30,649 nucleotides of DNA from an uncultured Gammaproteobacteria bacterium. GTDB lineage: Bacteria; Patescibacteriota; Patescibacteriia; 2-12-FULL-60-25. The stretch spans positions 1 to 30,649 of the forward strand of contig CAZIMD010000006.1 in the NCBI GenBank assembly GCA_964540365.1. The letters are read 5' to 3'. The position numbers were made by a program, and so were the translations under genes. This document shows positions 7,914-16,128 of the stretch, piece after piece. Within the stretch, counting starts at the first letter, position 1. The number at the start of each line of letters is the position of its first letter. The notes beneath the pieces were generated by a model. That model was not told the DNA's origin. It ran no database searches and saw only the letters and a list, made by a program, of their open reading frames with translations.

Positions 7914-10119
7914 CCCCCGCCTCGGCGCCTCGCCCGAGGCGTTTTTCGTTCTGCAAAAAGACCTCCAGGAAGATTAGGAGCCCAATGCCGAGCGGATGGT
8001 TGAGGTATGGCGTGAAGACGTGCGTGACGGCGAGCAGCAGGGCGCTCCCCCAAACGAACAGGCGAGCGGCAAGATCGAGCGCGCGTGCCCGCACCACGAG
8101 CGAGCCAAGCACGAGCACGGGAACGATCACCCCCATGACGCCCAACTTGTACCACAGGTCCAGCCATCCCCACTCAAACGCGAAGGTCGTATACAAGCCC
8201 TTCCCTTGCTCCACGAGGCGCGGGTCGCTCGTGGGATATGTGAGCGTCGCCCCGAACCCCGAACCGAGAAGCGGATGCGCACGGATCCCCGACCACATGA
8301 TAGGCAACAAGGACCAGCGGCTCGCGGCGGCGGGCTCTGTCGTCAAAAAGCGCCCCCCGATGACGCCGGTCACCGCGAAGGAGGCGATGGAAAACAGCAG
8401 CGCCAAGGACCCCACAAGGGCGATCAGCGGACGACCAAATACCCGTCGGAAGATCCATAAATCAAGGGCTTTTCGCGTTTCCCAGAGGATGGCTGCCACG
8501 ACCGTCCCCGCCGCGACCGCGAGCGCCAGCCAAAAGCTCCGCGAGAACGAGGCAAGGATCGCGGCCCCCACCACGATCCAGGCGACCCACGCGCGCCATG
8601 AGAGCGGACGACGATCCACCGCGCCCTGGATCAGGAGCCAAAGCCACGCGGGCAGCAGGAAGAACTGCGACTGCAAGAAAATGCGTGAGACGCGATACGC
8701 CGTCTTCGTGATCTCGCCGAGGCCGGATTGGCGGACCCAGCGGTAGACCGCCTCCAGGGCATCGGCCGGGAACGGGATGGCCCGGCTAAACAGGATGAAG
8801 AGAATCAGGGTGAGGACCGTCAGCGCCCCCAAGCCGGCTCGCAGCGCCGGACGCAGTTCCCGCCAAAGGGATCCGGAGTCTTGGCGCGCGAGCACGGCGG
8901 CCGGCACAAGGAGGGCCAGGAACCCCCACGCGTTCGCATCGGCAACGAGAAACGCCGAAGCGTTCCCCAGCGAACCCCCGCGCACCGCGCCCCAACCGAC
9001 GACCGCGGCCAGGGCCGCATACGGATACACCCAACGCGCGCGCCCCAGGGCCGGCACGGAACCCCAGGATTTCGTCCGGAACAGCGAAATGCCCCACCCC
9101 ACGAAAAACGCCGTGAAGAGAAGGATGCGGATGCCGATCCCGCCATCATTCACGGCATCCGAACCGAGTTTCACCCACCCGCCTTTCGAGCCCACGACCA
9201 ATTCGAACGCCAGGACGGCCAACGCGAAGGGCGGGCGCCACGCGGCGAGCGCAAGCACGGCGGCCGCGAACAGGCAGGCCGCGAACCCGTTGGCAGGCGT
9301 GCCGATGGCAAGGGCGGACCCGAGCGCGAGAAAGACCCCCATCCCGAACCAACGGGCAGTCGAGACCGTCGGGGCCTGCGCAAGGGAGCGCTTCCCCATC
9401 TCGGCGAACCAAGCCGCGTGCTTGGTCCGGATGACCCGTTCGGCGGTCCGGTACCGTTCCACGGCCATGGGCGTCCATCCGAGCGAGCGCCAGGGCAAGC
9501 GATACGCGAACGCGGGGATCCAGCGGCTCATCCCTCCCGTCTTCCGTTCCTCGATGGCGAGCAGCGCTTCCGGAACGAAAACGCCCGCACCTCCCGCCTG
9601 GGCGATACGGATCCACAGGTCCCAATCCTGGAACCTGCGGAGCGACGGATCGAATCCGGGGAACGCGTCACGACGGATGAGGGCGCTCGTATGGATGAAA
9701 TTCCCTTCCGCCAACGCCTCGGCGGCGAAGGGGCGGCTCGCGAACGTCTTGCGGCCGAAACGGAAGGCGCTGTACGCGAAGGCGGCTTCCGGATGGGTGT
9801 TGAGCGCCTCCGAGAGCAAGGCCAACGCATCTGGACGGAGCGCGGCATCGGCATCCAAAAAGAGGACCGACTGGCCCGTGGAGGCGGCGAATCCCGTGTT
9901 GCGGGCGACGGGAGCGCCTTGGTTCGTGTCCAGCGCGAGCCAGCGCGTGACCAGCAGGCGCACGCCGGCAGCGGTCACCGCGGCCTCGGGCGCGTCCGTG
10001 GAGCCGTCATCGACGACGATCACCTCATCAGGCGGGCGCGTCTGGCGCGCGATCGCCTGAAGCGTCCGCACGAGGGCATCGGCATGGTTGTAGACGGGGA
10101 TGATGAGGGAGAGGGTCAT
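7897..10119 (-). CDS. GT2 glycosyltransferase fused to an O-antigen ligase/polymerase (Wzy_C-like) membrane domain
   Basis: N-terminus 'LSLIIPVYN...VIVVDDGSTD...ARNTGF...LFLDAD...FQDWDLW' is GT2. The C-terminal ~480 aa are multi-TM with 'ILASFSRSFWL', 'SRWSLLPIMWSGIRAHPLLGSGFG' and 'LWYKLGVMG'. Start at ATG 10119 (ATGA overlap). Confidence 0.8.
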   Translation of the reverse strand: MTLSLIIPVYNHADALVRTLQAIARQTRPPDEVIVVDDGSTDAPEAAVTAAGVRLLVTRWLALDTNQGAPVARNTGFAASTGQSVLFLDADAALRPDALALLSEALNTHPEAAFAYSAFRFGRKTFASRPFAAEALAEGNFIHTSALIRRDAFPGFDPSLRRFQDWDLWIRIAQAGGAGVFVPEALLAIEERKTGGMSRWIPAFAYRLPWRSLGWTPMAVERYRTAERVIRTKHAAWFAEMGKRSLAQAPTVSTARWFGMGVFLALGSALAIGTPANGFAACLFAAAVLALAAWRPPFALAVLAFELVVGSKGGWVKLGSDAVNDGGIGIRILLFTAFFVGWGISLFRTKSWGSVPALGRARWVYPYAALAAVVGWGAVRGGSLGNASAFLVADANAWGFLALLVPAAVLARQDSGSLWRELRPALRAGLGALTVLTLILFILFSRAIPFPADALEAVYRWVRQSGLGEITKTAYRVSRIFLQSQFFLLPAWLWLLIQGAVDRRPLSWRAWVAWIVVGAAILASFSRSFWLALAVAAGTVVAAILWETRKALDLWIFRRVFGRPLIALVGSLALLFSIASFAVTGVIGGRFLTTEPAAASRWSLLPIMWSGIRAHPLLGSGFGATLTYPTSDPRLVEQGKGLYTTFAFEWGWLDLWYKLGVMGVIVPVLVLGSLVVRARALDLAARLFVWGSALLLAVTHVFTPYLNHPLGIGLLIFLEVFLQNEKRLGRGAEAGVSGPA
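7918..7946 (+). terminator. Intrinsic terminator
   Basis: CGCCTCGG-8 nt-CCGAGGCG-TTTTT directly after the stop codon; overlaps the 3' end of the convergent gene. Confidence 0.7.
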
Positions 10120-11207
10120 AGGCGGGAAAGGACCGAGTGGACGCGCTCCCAACGGTCCGCCCAACGGAAGGCGCGGAGGGCGCGTTCGCGCCCTTGCCGA
10201 CCGAGGCGTGCCCGGAGCTGCGAATCCAAGAAAAGCTTGAAAAAGGCTTCATTGAGGGAAATATCATCCGTCGGTTCAACCAGCAGGCCCGTCTCCCCCT
10301 CGACCACGGCTTCCGGAACGCCGCCGCTGCGACCCGCGAGAACGGGCAAGCCCGCCATGGCGGCTTCGAGACACGCGAGCCCAAACCCTTCGAGGTCGCT
10401 CGGTTCCTCGCGCGCCAAAAAGACGAAGAGGTCCGCCGCCGCCAACCAACGATCGCGCTCGGCGTCGTCGGCACCATGGAGGAACGTCACGCGATCGGCG
10501 ACGCCGGAGGCATGCGCAAGGCCCTTGAGCCGGTCGCGGTCCGCCCCATCACCGATCACGACATACCGCACGGACGCCGGAAGCGATGGCAGCCGCCTGA
10601 TCATCGTATCGATTCCCTTGCGCGGGACGAGGCGCGCGACCGTGAGGCAGATGAAGGCATCGGCGGGTACGCCGAGACCTGCGCGGGCTTCGACCCGCCC
10701 AAGGAACGCCCGCGGCTGCACGCCGGGCGTCACGACCGTGGGCCGCAGGCACGCATCAAGGGCACGGACCTCCGCCGCGACCGCCTCGGAATTCGTCAAC
10801 ACGGCGCCCGCTTGGCGCAAGACCAGCCGTGCCAACCAGCGGCGATGCCGCCGTCGCACCGCCAAACGCAGATCCAGCCCGTGGACCAGGACGGCATACG
10901 GAAGCCCGCCCGCCAAACGCGCAAGCAGGGCCGCCGTCCCCACCGGCAACACGTGGCTCACGAGCAGCGAACGGTATCCGCGCGCCCGCAGGCGGCGCAA
11001 TGAACGCACCAGCGGACGCCAGGGGGACGGACCGGTCGCGAAGCTCTTCAGGGTCTCGACCCGCCCCGGACCGGTACACGCATGCGTCTCCGGGACGAAC
11101 ACGTCCATGCCGCCCTTGGAAGCCTCGACCAGGTCGCCCAGGTACCGCGCGACGCCGCCCCGTTCCGGCGGATAATCCAGGGTGTATAAGGCGTGCTTCT
11201 CGCTCAT
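10116..11207 (-). CDS. GT4 family glycosyltransferase
   Basis: 'YPPERGGVARY', 'LVHGLD', 'VARLVPRKGID', 'EGFGLACLEAAMAGLPVLAGRSGGVPEAV'. Confidence 0.9.
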   Translation of the reverse strand: MSEKHALYTLDYPPERGGVARYLGDLVEASKGGMDVFVPETHACTGPGRVETLKSFATGPSPWRPLVRSLRRLRARGYRSLLVSHVLPVGTAALLARLAGGLPYAVLVHGLDLRLAVRRRHRRWLARLVLRQAGAVLTNSEAVAAEVRALDACLRPTVVTPGVQPRAFLGRVEARAGLGVPADAFICLTVARLVPRKGIDTMIRRLPSLPASVRYVVIGDGADRDRLKGLAHASGVADRVTFLHGADDAERDRWLAAADLFVFLAREEPSDLEGFGLACLEAAMAGLPVLAGRSGGVPEAVVEGETGLLVEPTDDISLNEAFFKLFLDSQLRARLGRQGRERALRAFRWADRWERVHSVLSRL

Positions 11208-12652
11208 ACGGGTTTGGTGCGACGCCGGATCCAGCCGCGGGCGGCGTCAAGGTCGTCACGGCGGACCAGCCGCAGGATGACGGCTCCGGCAAGCGCCGCA
11301 AGCGGGGCAAGGCCAAGGGCGACGGCGAGCGGGAGCCCGGCAAGGGCCGTCCGGATCACTCCCCAAACGGCGATCCCCAACGCCAACCCCCGCAGCGCCA
11401 CGGAAACGGCCGTCGCCGAGAAAAACACGGAACGCGCATACCATCCGCCCACGAGCAGCAGCACGATGAACCCGATCAGGGCCGACCAAGCCGCCCCCAC
11501 CCCACCGAGCGTCGGGACCATGGCCACATTACACGCCGCATTTACCAGCATGGCGATCCCCATGGCGGCGGTCTTCTGCTTCGCGCGGTGGGTGGCGTTC
11601 AAATACGAACCGACCGGGAAATCCAGGAAAATAGGGGGAAGGACCCAGGCCAAGACGGCCAGGATCGGGCTCGCCGTAGCGAACTCGGCCCCATACACCC
11701 ATGGAAGCAGGCGCGGCGCAAATCCGGAAAGGGCCGCCGCCAACGGGAACCCAAGCAACGCCAGGAACCGCCACGAGCCGAGGGAGGTATGGACGAGGGC
11801 CGGCTCGTCGTTCCGCGCATATGCCGCGCTCAGGGCCGGATAGAGCGCCGCCACAAAGGCGAGCGGCAGGAATTGGAGGGCGTACGTCATCTTATACGCG
11901 ACCGCATATTGCCCCACGACAGCCGCACCGTGCCAATATTTCAACAACAGCGAGTCGACCGACGAGTAGACGCGCACGAAAATCCCGGCAAGCGCGAAGG
12001 GCCAGGCGAACTGGAAAAGTCGCTTCCAAGGGTATTTCGGCAAGCCGGATGGGATGCCCCCGATCTTGCGGACCCACCAGGCGCTCCAGAGGACGTGCCA
12101 GGCGCTCCCGCACACCAGCGCCCCCAAGGCCCCGCCCACGCCCCATCCGGCCCACACGGCAAGCACCAGCAAGCCGCCGGAAAGGAACTGGCCGAGGACC
12201 ATCCCCAACGACTCGATATCCAGCCGCTGGCGGCCGCGCAGGATGCCGTATCCCAACAGCGAAAAGGCATCCTCGGCCATCACGAGCAGGGCGAGCCCCA
12301 GAAAGGGCAGAAGCGTTGCCCCGATCCCGCCAAATCGCCAGCCGTAGGCAAGGGCCGCCAGGGCGGCGAGAGGGATCAGGAACGTCTTGGCGCGGATCGC
12401 CGCAAAGACGAGCCGCCACCCCTCCTCTTCGGACGAGGAGAAGGCCCGGATGATGACGGGCGTGCAGCCGAGGTCCGTCCACGCGCCGGCAAGCGAACTG
12501 AGGGAGAGGACGTAGAAATAGGTGCCGACGCCTTCCGCCCCCAACCGATAGGCGGCATAGGTGAACGCCAAGAACGAGATCAGCTTCTGCAACGTCGACG
12601 CCGTCATGAGGAAGGAGGCCTGGCGGGCGACGGTCTTGGCGGTCTGTGACAT
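11204..12652 (-). CDS. Oligosaccharide flippase (Wzx/MOP family)
   Basis: Many TM segments; 'RLGAEGVGTY', 'DLGCT', 'VYSSVDSLLL...VGQYAVAYK'; located in a glycosyltransferase operon. Confidence 0.88.
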   Translation of the reverse strand: MSQTAKTVARQASFLMTASTLQKLISFLAFTYAAYRLGAEGVGTYFYVLSLSSLAGAWTDLGCTPVIIRAFSSSEEEGWRLVFAAIRAKTFLIPLAALAALAYGWRFGGIGATLLPFLGLALLVMAEDAFSLLGYGILRGRQRLDIESLGMVLGQFLSGGLLVLAVWAGWGVGGALGALVCGSAWHVLWSAWWVRKIGGIPSGLPKYPWKRLFQFAWPFALAGIFVRVYSSVDSLLLKYWHGAAVVGQYAVAYKMTYALQFLPLAFVAALYPALSAAYARNDEPALVHTSLGSWRFLALLGFPLAAALSGFAPRLLPWVYGAEFATASPILAVLAWVLPPIFLDFPVGSYLNATHRAKQKTAAMGIAMLVNAACNVAMVPTLGGVGAAWSALIGFIVLLLVGGWYARSVFFSATAVSVALRGLALGIAVWGVIRTALAGLPLAVALGLAPLAALAGAVILRLVRRDDLDAARGWIRRRTKPV

Positions 12653-12656
12653 AGCG

Positions 12657-12761
12657 CTAGTCGAGGACCGTCGTCAGCCACGCGATAAACCCGACCACCA
12701 TCAGCACGCAGGCGACGATGAGGGCGACCGAGATCATCGAGAGGATCATTTCCGTGGGCAT
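12657..12761 (-). CDS. Small single-TM protein (34 aa)
   Basis: Manual ORF MPTEMILSMISVALIVACVLMVVGFIAWLTTVLD, packed between the 76-aa ORF and the flippase. Confidence 0.45.
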   Translation of the reverse strand: MPTEMILSMISVALIVACVLMVVGFIAWLTTVLD

Positions 12762-12762
12762 A

Positions 12763-12993
12763 TCAGGCGGTGGGCCGCGGCTGGCTGGCGGGGGCGTAGA
12801 GGATCACCTGGTAGGTCTTCCAGGGGGCGGGCTGGCCACAGGCGCAGGTCAGCTCAGGGGCGGCGAGCAGGTCGAGAAAAACGCCTCCCTCTCCGGCAGA
12901 CTGCCGTGCGACCGAGGTGGCTCGCTCCAGGACCTCCCGTTCGGGCACGGTCGGCTCGACATGGATATGCTGCGTCGCATCGATGGTCCACAT
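12763..12993 (-). CDS. Hypothetical protein (76 aa)
   Basis: Fills the gap on the operon strand; TG-C-TAGGAT lies 6 nt upstream of the ATG. Confidence 0.5.
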   Translation of the reverse strand: MWTIDATQHIHVEPTVPEREVLERATSVARQSAGEGGVFLDLLAAPELTCACGQPAPWKTYQVILYAPASQPRPTA

Positions 12994-13101
12994 ACGCCCA
13001 TCCTAGCAGAGAGCCGGAAAAATGCCAGGAGTTGGCGCTTTTTTCAGCAATGCGGAAACCGGCTGTTTTCCCCTCCCCTCGGACCCGGTACACTGCCGGC
13101 G

Positions 13102-13971
13102 ATGCTTTCCCTCCTATCCCGCTCGCGCCCCCGTTTCTGGATCTACCTGCTTGGGCCGTATTTGTTGGGCTGGACGGCGGCGACGTCCATGCGCGCCGTC
13201 TCGCCGCCCGGCTGGGTCCTTTTTTTCCTGGGATTGGTCTTTTTTTCCTTCCCCGCGAACCTGTTCATCTACGGCATCAACGATCTCCATGACGAGGCCA
13301 CGGACCGGCTGAACCCGAAGAAGCAAGGATACGAGCAGGCGATCACGCGCCAGGCGCGAACCGCTTTGCGACGCGCGTTCCCCCTCATCCTCTTGCTTGC
13401 GATTGGCGCGGTCCTCGGAATCGGCGCCCTGACGCGCGCGTGGATGCAAACGGCCGAGGCGGCGGTGGGAATGTTCGGCCTCTTCGTTTTGGGCTGGCAG
13501 TATTCCGCCCCTCCCCTCCGGGCGAAGGCGCGGCCGTTTTGGGACAGCGCGTTCAATGGGCTGTACCTGTTTCCCGGATTGGTGGGGCATGCGTTGGCGA
13601 ATGCGGACGGACGGTTTCCAAATCCCCTCCTGATCGCCGCCGCCTGGAGCTGGTGCGCCGCCATGCACGCGTTCAGCGCGGTTCCGGATATCGCGGCGGA
13701 TCGGGAGGCGGGGGTGGCGACGGTGGCGACGCGGCTCGGAAACCAAAAAACCCTGCTCTTGTGCGGGGTCCTGTATGGGGCGGCGGGGATGTTGGCGGGG
13801 ACCATTTCAGACCTCCGTTGGGTCGTCGCCCTCGCCACGCCCGCCTACCTCCTCCTGCTTTGGCTCGCTTCACGCGCACCATCAGACGAGCGCCTGTTCC
13901 GGATCTACACCTGGTTCCCGTGGCTGAATACGGTCGTCGGGTTCCTGCTCTGGACGGCCATCGTCCATTAG
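13102..13971 (+). CDS. UbiA-family prenyltransferase (lycopene-elongase-like subgroup)
   Basis: 'YGINDLHDEATDRLNPKK', 'YSAPPLRAKARPFWDS' and 'AVPDIAADREAGVATVA' aspartate-rich motifs; multi-TM. Start placed at ATG 13102, 7 nt after TACACT. Confidence 0.82.
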   Translation: MLSLLSRSRPRFWIYLLGPYLLGWTAATSMRAVSPPGWVLFFLGLVFFSFPANLFIYGINDLHDEATDRLNPKKQGYEQAITRQARTALRRAFPLILLLAIGAVLGIGALTRAWMQTAEAAVGMFGLFVLGWQYSAPPLRAKARPFWDSAFNGLYLFPGLVGHALANADGRFPNPLLIAAAWSWCAAMHAFSAVPDIAADREAGVATVATRLGNQKTLLLCGVLYGAAGMLAGTISDLRWVVALATPAYLLLLWLASRAPSDERLFRIYTWFPWLNTVVGFLLWTAIVH

Positions 13972-14246
13972 GGACGTTCGCCCATCTGGGACCGGCAGGC
14001 CTCATAGGCCCGGAGCGCCTCTTCTGCGGCGCGTTCCGCCTGCACGCAAAGCGCCTCCAGGCGTAACGCGAGCGGATCACGAGGATCGAGAACCTCCGTC
14101 CTCAGGGCACGGACCGCTTCCAGTAAGGCGCGGTTGCGGGCAAGCTCCTCGCGCAGGACCTCCCGATGCGCTTCCAACGAGATGGGTTCCGCGGAAGGGC
14201 GTTCGGGACGGCGGGCGGGTGGGCGGCCAAAGGCGGGTGACATCAT
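13968..14246 (-). CDS. Hypothetical coiled-coil protein
   Basis: Helical 92-aa ORF translationally coupled (ATGA) to the upstream ORF. Confidence 0.5.
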   Translation of the reverse strand: MMSPAFGRPPARRPERPSAEPISLEAHREVLREELARNRALLEAVRALRTEVLDPRDPLALRLEALCVQAERAAEEALRAYEACRSQMGERP

Positions 14247-14410
14247 ACGCGGGCGGATTCGCTTAAGATTTGCTTCACGCGCTCAAGCGCGCGGTTGGCG
14301 CGATGGAGCGCCTCGAGCGAACGGCGGAGCTGGTCGAGGACGTCCTCGTCGGACACGCGGGGACCACGGGCGAAGGGCGAACGTCGGCGCGGCGGAAAGG
14401 GCGAGCGCAT
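14243..14410 (-). CDS. Hypothetical protein (55 aa)
   Basis: ATG 14410 lies 8 nt after TG-C-TATCCT; C-terminal half is heptad-like. Confidence 0.45.
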   Translation of the reverse strand: MRSPFPPRRRSPFARGPRVSDEDVLDQLRRSLEALHRANRALERVKQILSESARV

Positions 14411-14430
14411 ATGCGGGAAGGATAGCACGG

Positions 14431-15414
14431 TTACGGGCGGCCGCCCAAGAAGCGGACTTCGGGCTCTAGGGCAAGGCCGGTGAGGGCAGCAACCCGTTCG
14501 CGGACCTCTTCAGAAAGCGTTCGGAGGTCGCGGGAGGTCGCCCCCGCTTGGCAGACGGCAAAGTTCGCATGGCGTTCGCTCACGTGGGCCTGCCCGCACG
14601 CGAACCCCTTCAGGCCGGCGCGCTCGATCAGCCAGCCGGCAGGGATGCGGTTCGGAGCGCCGGATTGCATAGGGATGGGACCGAATCGCGTTTCGATGCG
14701 AGCTCGCGTCAGCTCATCGACGTCGAGATTCTTGAAGAGGCAACCGGCGCTGGCGGAACCGAGCGGCTGATGCGCCTTGCGTTGGGCGAGGATGTCCTTC
14801 AGGCGAGCCTGCGACGCGAGCGGATCGGTTGCCGGAGAGAGTTGCCAGGCGGCTCGCAAGACCAAAAACGGCTCGCGTTTGAAACGGCTGTCGCGATAGC
14901 CGAAACCACACGCTTGGGCCTCGTACCGCTTCACGGCCGCATCCTGCATGGACCAGCCCTCGACCCAAACGAGGCCGTCCCGAGTCTCCCCGCCAAAACA
15001 GCCGGCGTTCCCGACGACCGCCCCACCGATCGTTCCCGGGAGGCCGATTCCCCATTCCCAACCCGTGTAGCCGGCTTCGGTGACCTTGCGGGCGAAGAGC
15101 GCCGTTATGACCCCCGCTTCCGCCGTGGCGAGGCCATCGGGACGTATTTCGTATTTGGAATGTCGCGGGCAAATGACGACGCCCTCGTACCCCTCGTCCG
15201 CCGCCACGATATTCGAACCACCGCCAAGAACGGTCCAAGGCAAGCCCCGCTCGGTGAGGAATGCGTGCAAGGCAGGGACCTGATCCGCGTGGTCGACCTC
15301 AAGGAACCAGCGGGCTGGGCCGCCAAGGCGGAGCGTCGTGTGCCGGGAGAGGAGTTCGCGCTCGCGGACGCGACCAAAGCGGGCGAGGGCGGAAGGGATG
15401 GCGGCAGGATCCAT
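14431..15414 (-). CDS. murB: UDP-N-acetylenolpyruvoylglucosamine reductase
   Basis: 'HTTLRLGGPA', 'LGGGSNI', 'GLPGTIGGAVVGNAG', 'FGYRDSRFK', 'QPLGSASAGCLFKN', 'VSERHANF', 'LEPEV'. Confidence 0.95.
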   Translation of the reverse strand: MDPAAIPSALARFGRVRERELLSRHTTLRLGGPARWFLEVDHADQVPALHAFLTERGLPWTVLGGGSNIVAADEGYEGVVICPRHSKYEIRPDGLATAEAGVITALFARKVTEAGYTGWEWGIGLPGTIGGAVVGNAGCFGGETRDGLVWVEGWSMQDAAVKRYEAQACGFGYRDSRFKREPFLVLRAAWQLSPATDPLASQARLKDILAQRKAHQPLGSASAGCLFKNLDVDELTRARIETRFGPIPMQSGAPNRIPAGWLIERAGLKGFACGQAHVSERHANFAVCQAGATSRDLRTLSEEVRERVAALTGLALEPEVRFLGGRP

Positions 15415-15484
15415 ACCGAGAAGATAGCAATTGCGTAGGGAGCGAGAAATAGGGCTATGATTAGGGAAAAATGGGTGAAATAGG

Positions 15485-15513
15485 TTGACAATCCGCCGTT
15501 TTTCTGGTATACT
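15485..15513 (+). promoter_or_regulatory. Near-consensus sigma70 promoter
   Basis: TTGACA-17 nt-TATACT. Confidence 0.8.
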
Positions 15514-15645
15514 CTAACTCTAGACAGACCTTCCATGCGAGGCGAAAAGAAGCGTTTTTTCGCCTTATATGGCGCCGCGATCCATTGATCGTGGGGCATC
15601 GCGAACCGGTTGCCTAAGCGGGAATCCCCCGCACGGAGATCACAC

Positions 15646-16008
15646 ATGAAGAAGCTCGTTGTCACCCTTTCGGCCATCATCGGCGGCCTCCTGACCGTGA
15701 TCGGAGACCTGGTCGGGAGCCGGGACCACCACCACCTCGTGCCGGTGATGGTCCTGCTCCTCTGGTGCGGGCTCGTGTACGCGGTCCACGACACGTTCGG
15801 AGCCAAGCAGCCCTACTGGACCTGCGTGGTTTCGGTGTCGCTGCTGGGCGGGGCGGCCAGCACCGTGATGCTGATCGCCCTGGCGGCCGTGTCCAAAGAC
15901 CCGCGCCCCGGCGACCCGCTCGCGTTCGCGGGCCTGTTCGCCTGCATCGTCACGGCGGTGGCGACGATCCTCGCCAACCTCGGCGAGCCGAAGACCAAGC
16001 AGAGCTGA
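15646..16008 (+). CDS. Hypothetical membrane protein, about 4 TM (120 aa)
   Basis: GGAGA RBS before ATG 15646; four hydrophobic stretches. Confidence 0.65.
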   Translation: MKKLVVTLSAIIGGLLTVIGDLVGSRDHHHLVPVMVLLLWCGLVYAVHDTFGAKQPYWTCVVSVSLLGGAASTVMLIALAAVSKDPRPGDPLAFAGLFACIVTAVATILANLGEPKTKQS

Positions 16009-16059
16009 CCCTTCCTGAAGCCAGACGCCGTTCCGCGTCCCCCGCCGGCTTCTCCCCCT

Positions 16060-16096
16060 CCCCGCAGCGCGAACCCGCCTGCGGGGTTCTTGTTTT
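16060..16096 (+). terminator. Probable intrinsic terminator
   Basis: CCCCGCAG...CTGCGGGG stem followed by TTCTTGTTTT. Confidence 0.5.
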
Positions 16097-16128
16097 CCTG
16101 TCCTCGGGTGCATGATATCTTAAGACAC

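Noticed and set aside
8728-12649. Long plus-strand ORFs (815 aa, 427 aa, 606 aa)
   Set aside because: Antisense to the GT2-ligase, GT4 and flippase genes, with composition typical of shadow frames.
12718-13101. N-terminal extensions given by the ORF track (12718, 3038, 6918, 10164, 18850, 19554)
   Set aside because: They overlap neighbouring genes or promoters. Downstream ATGs fit the ATGA coupling or the -10 spacing better.
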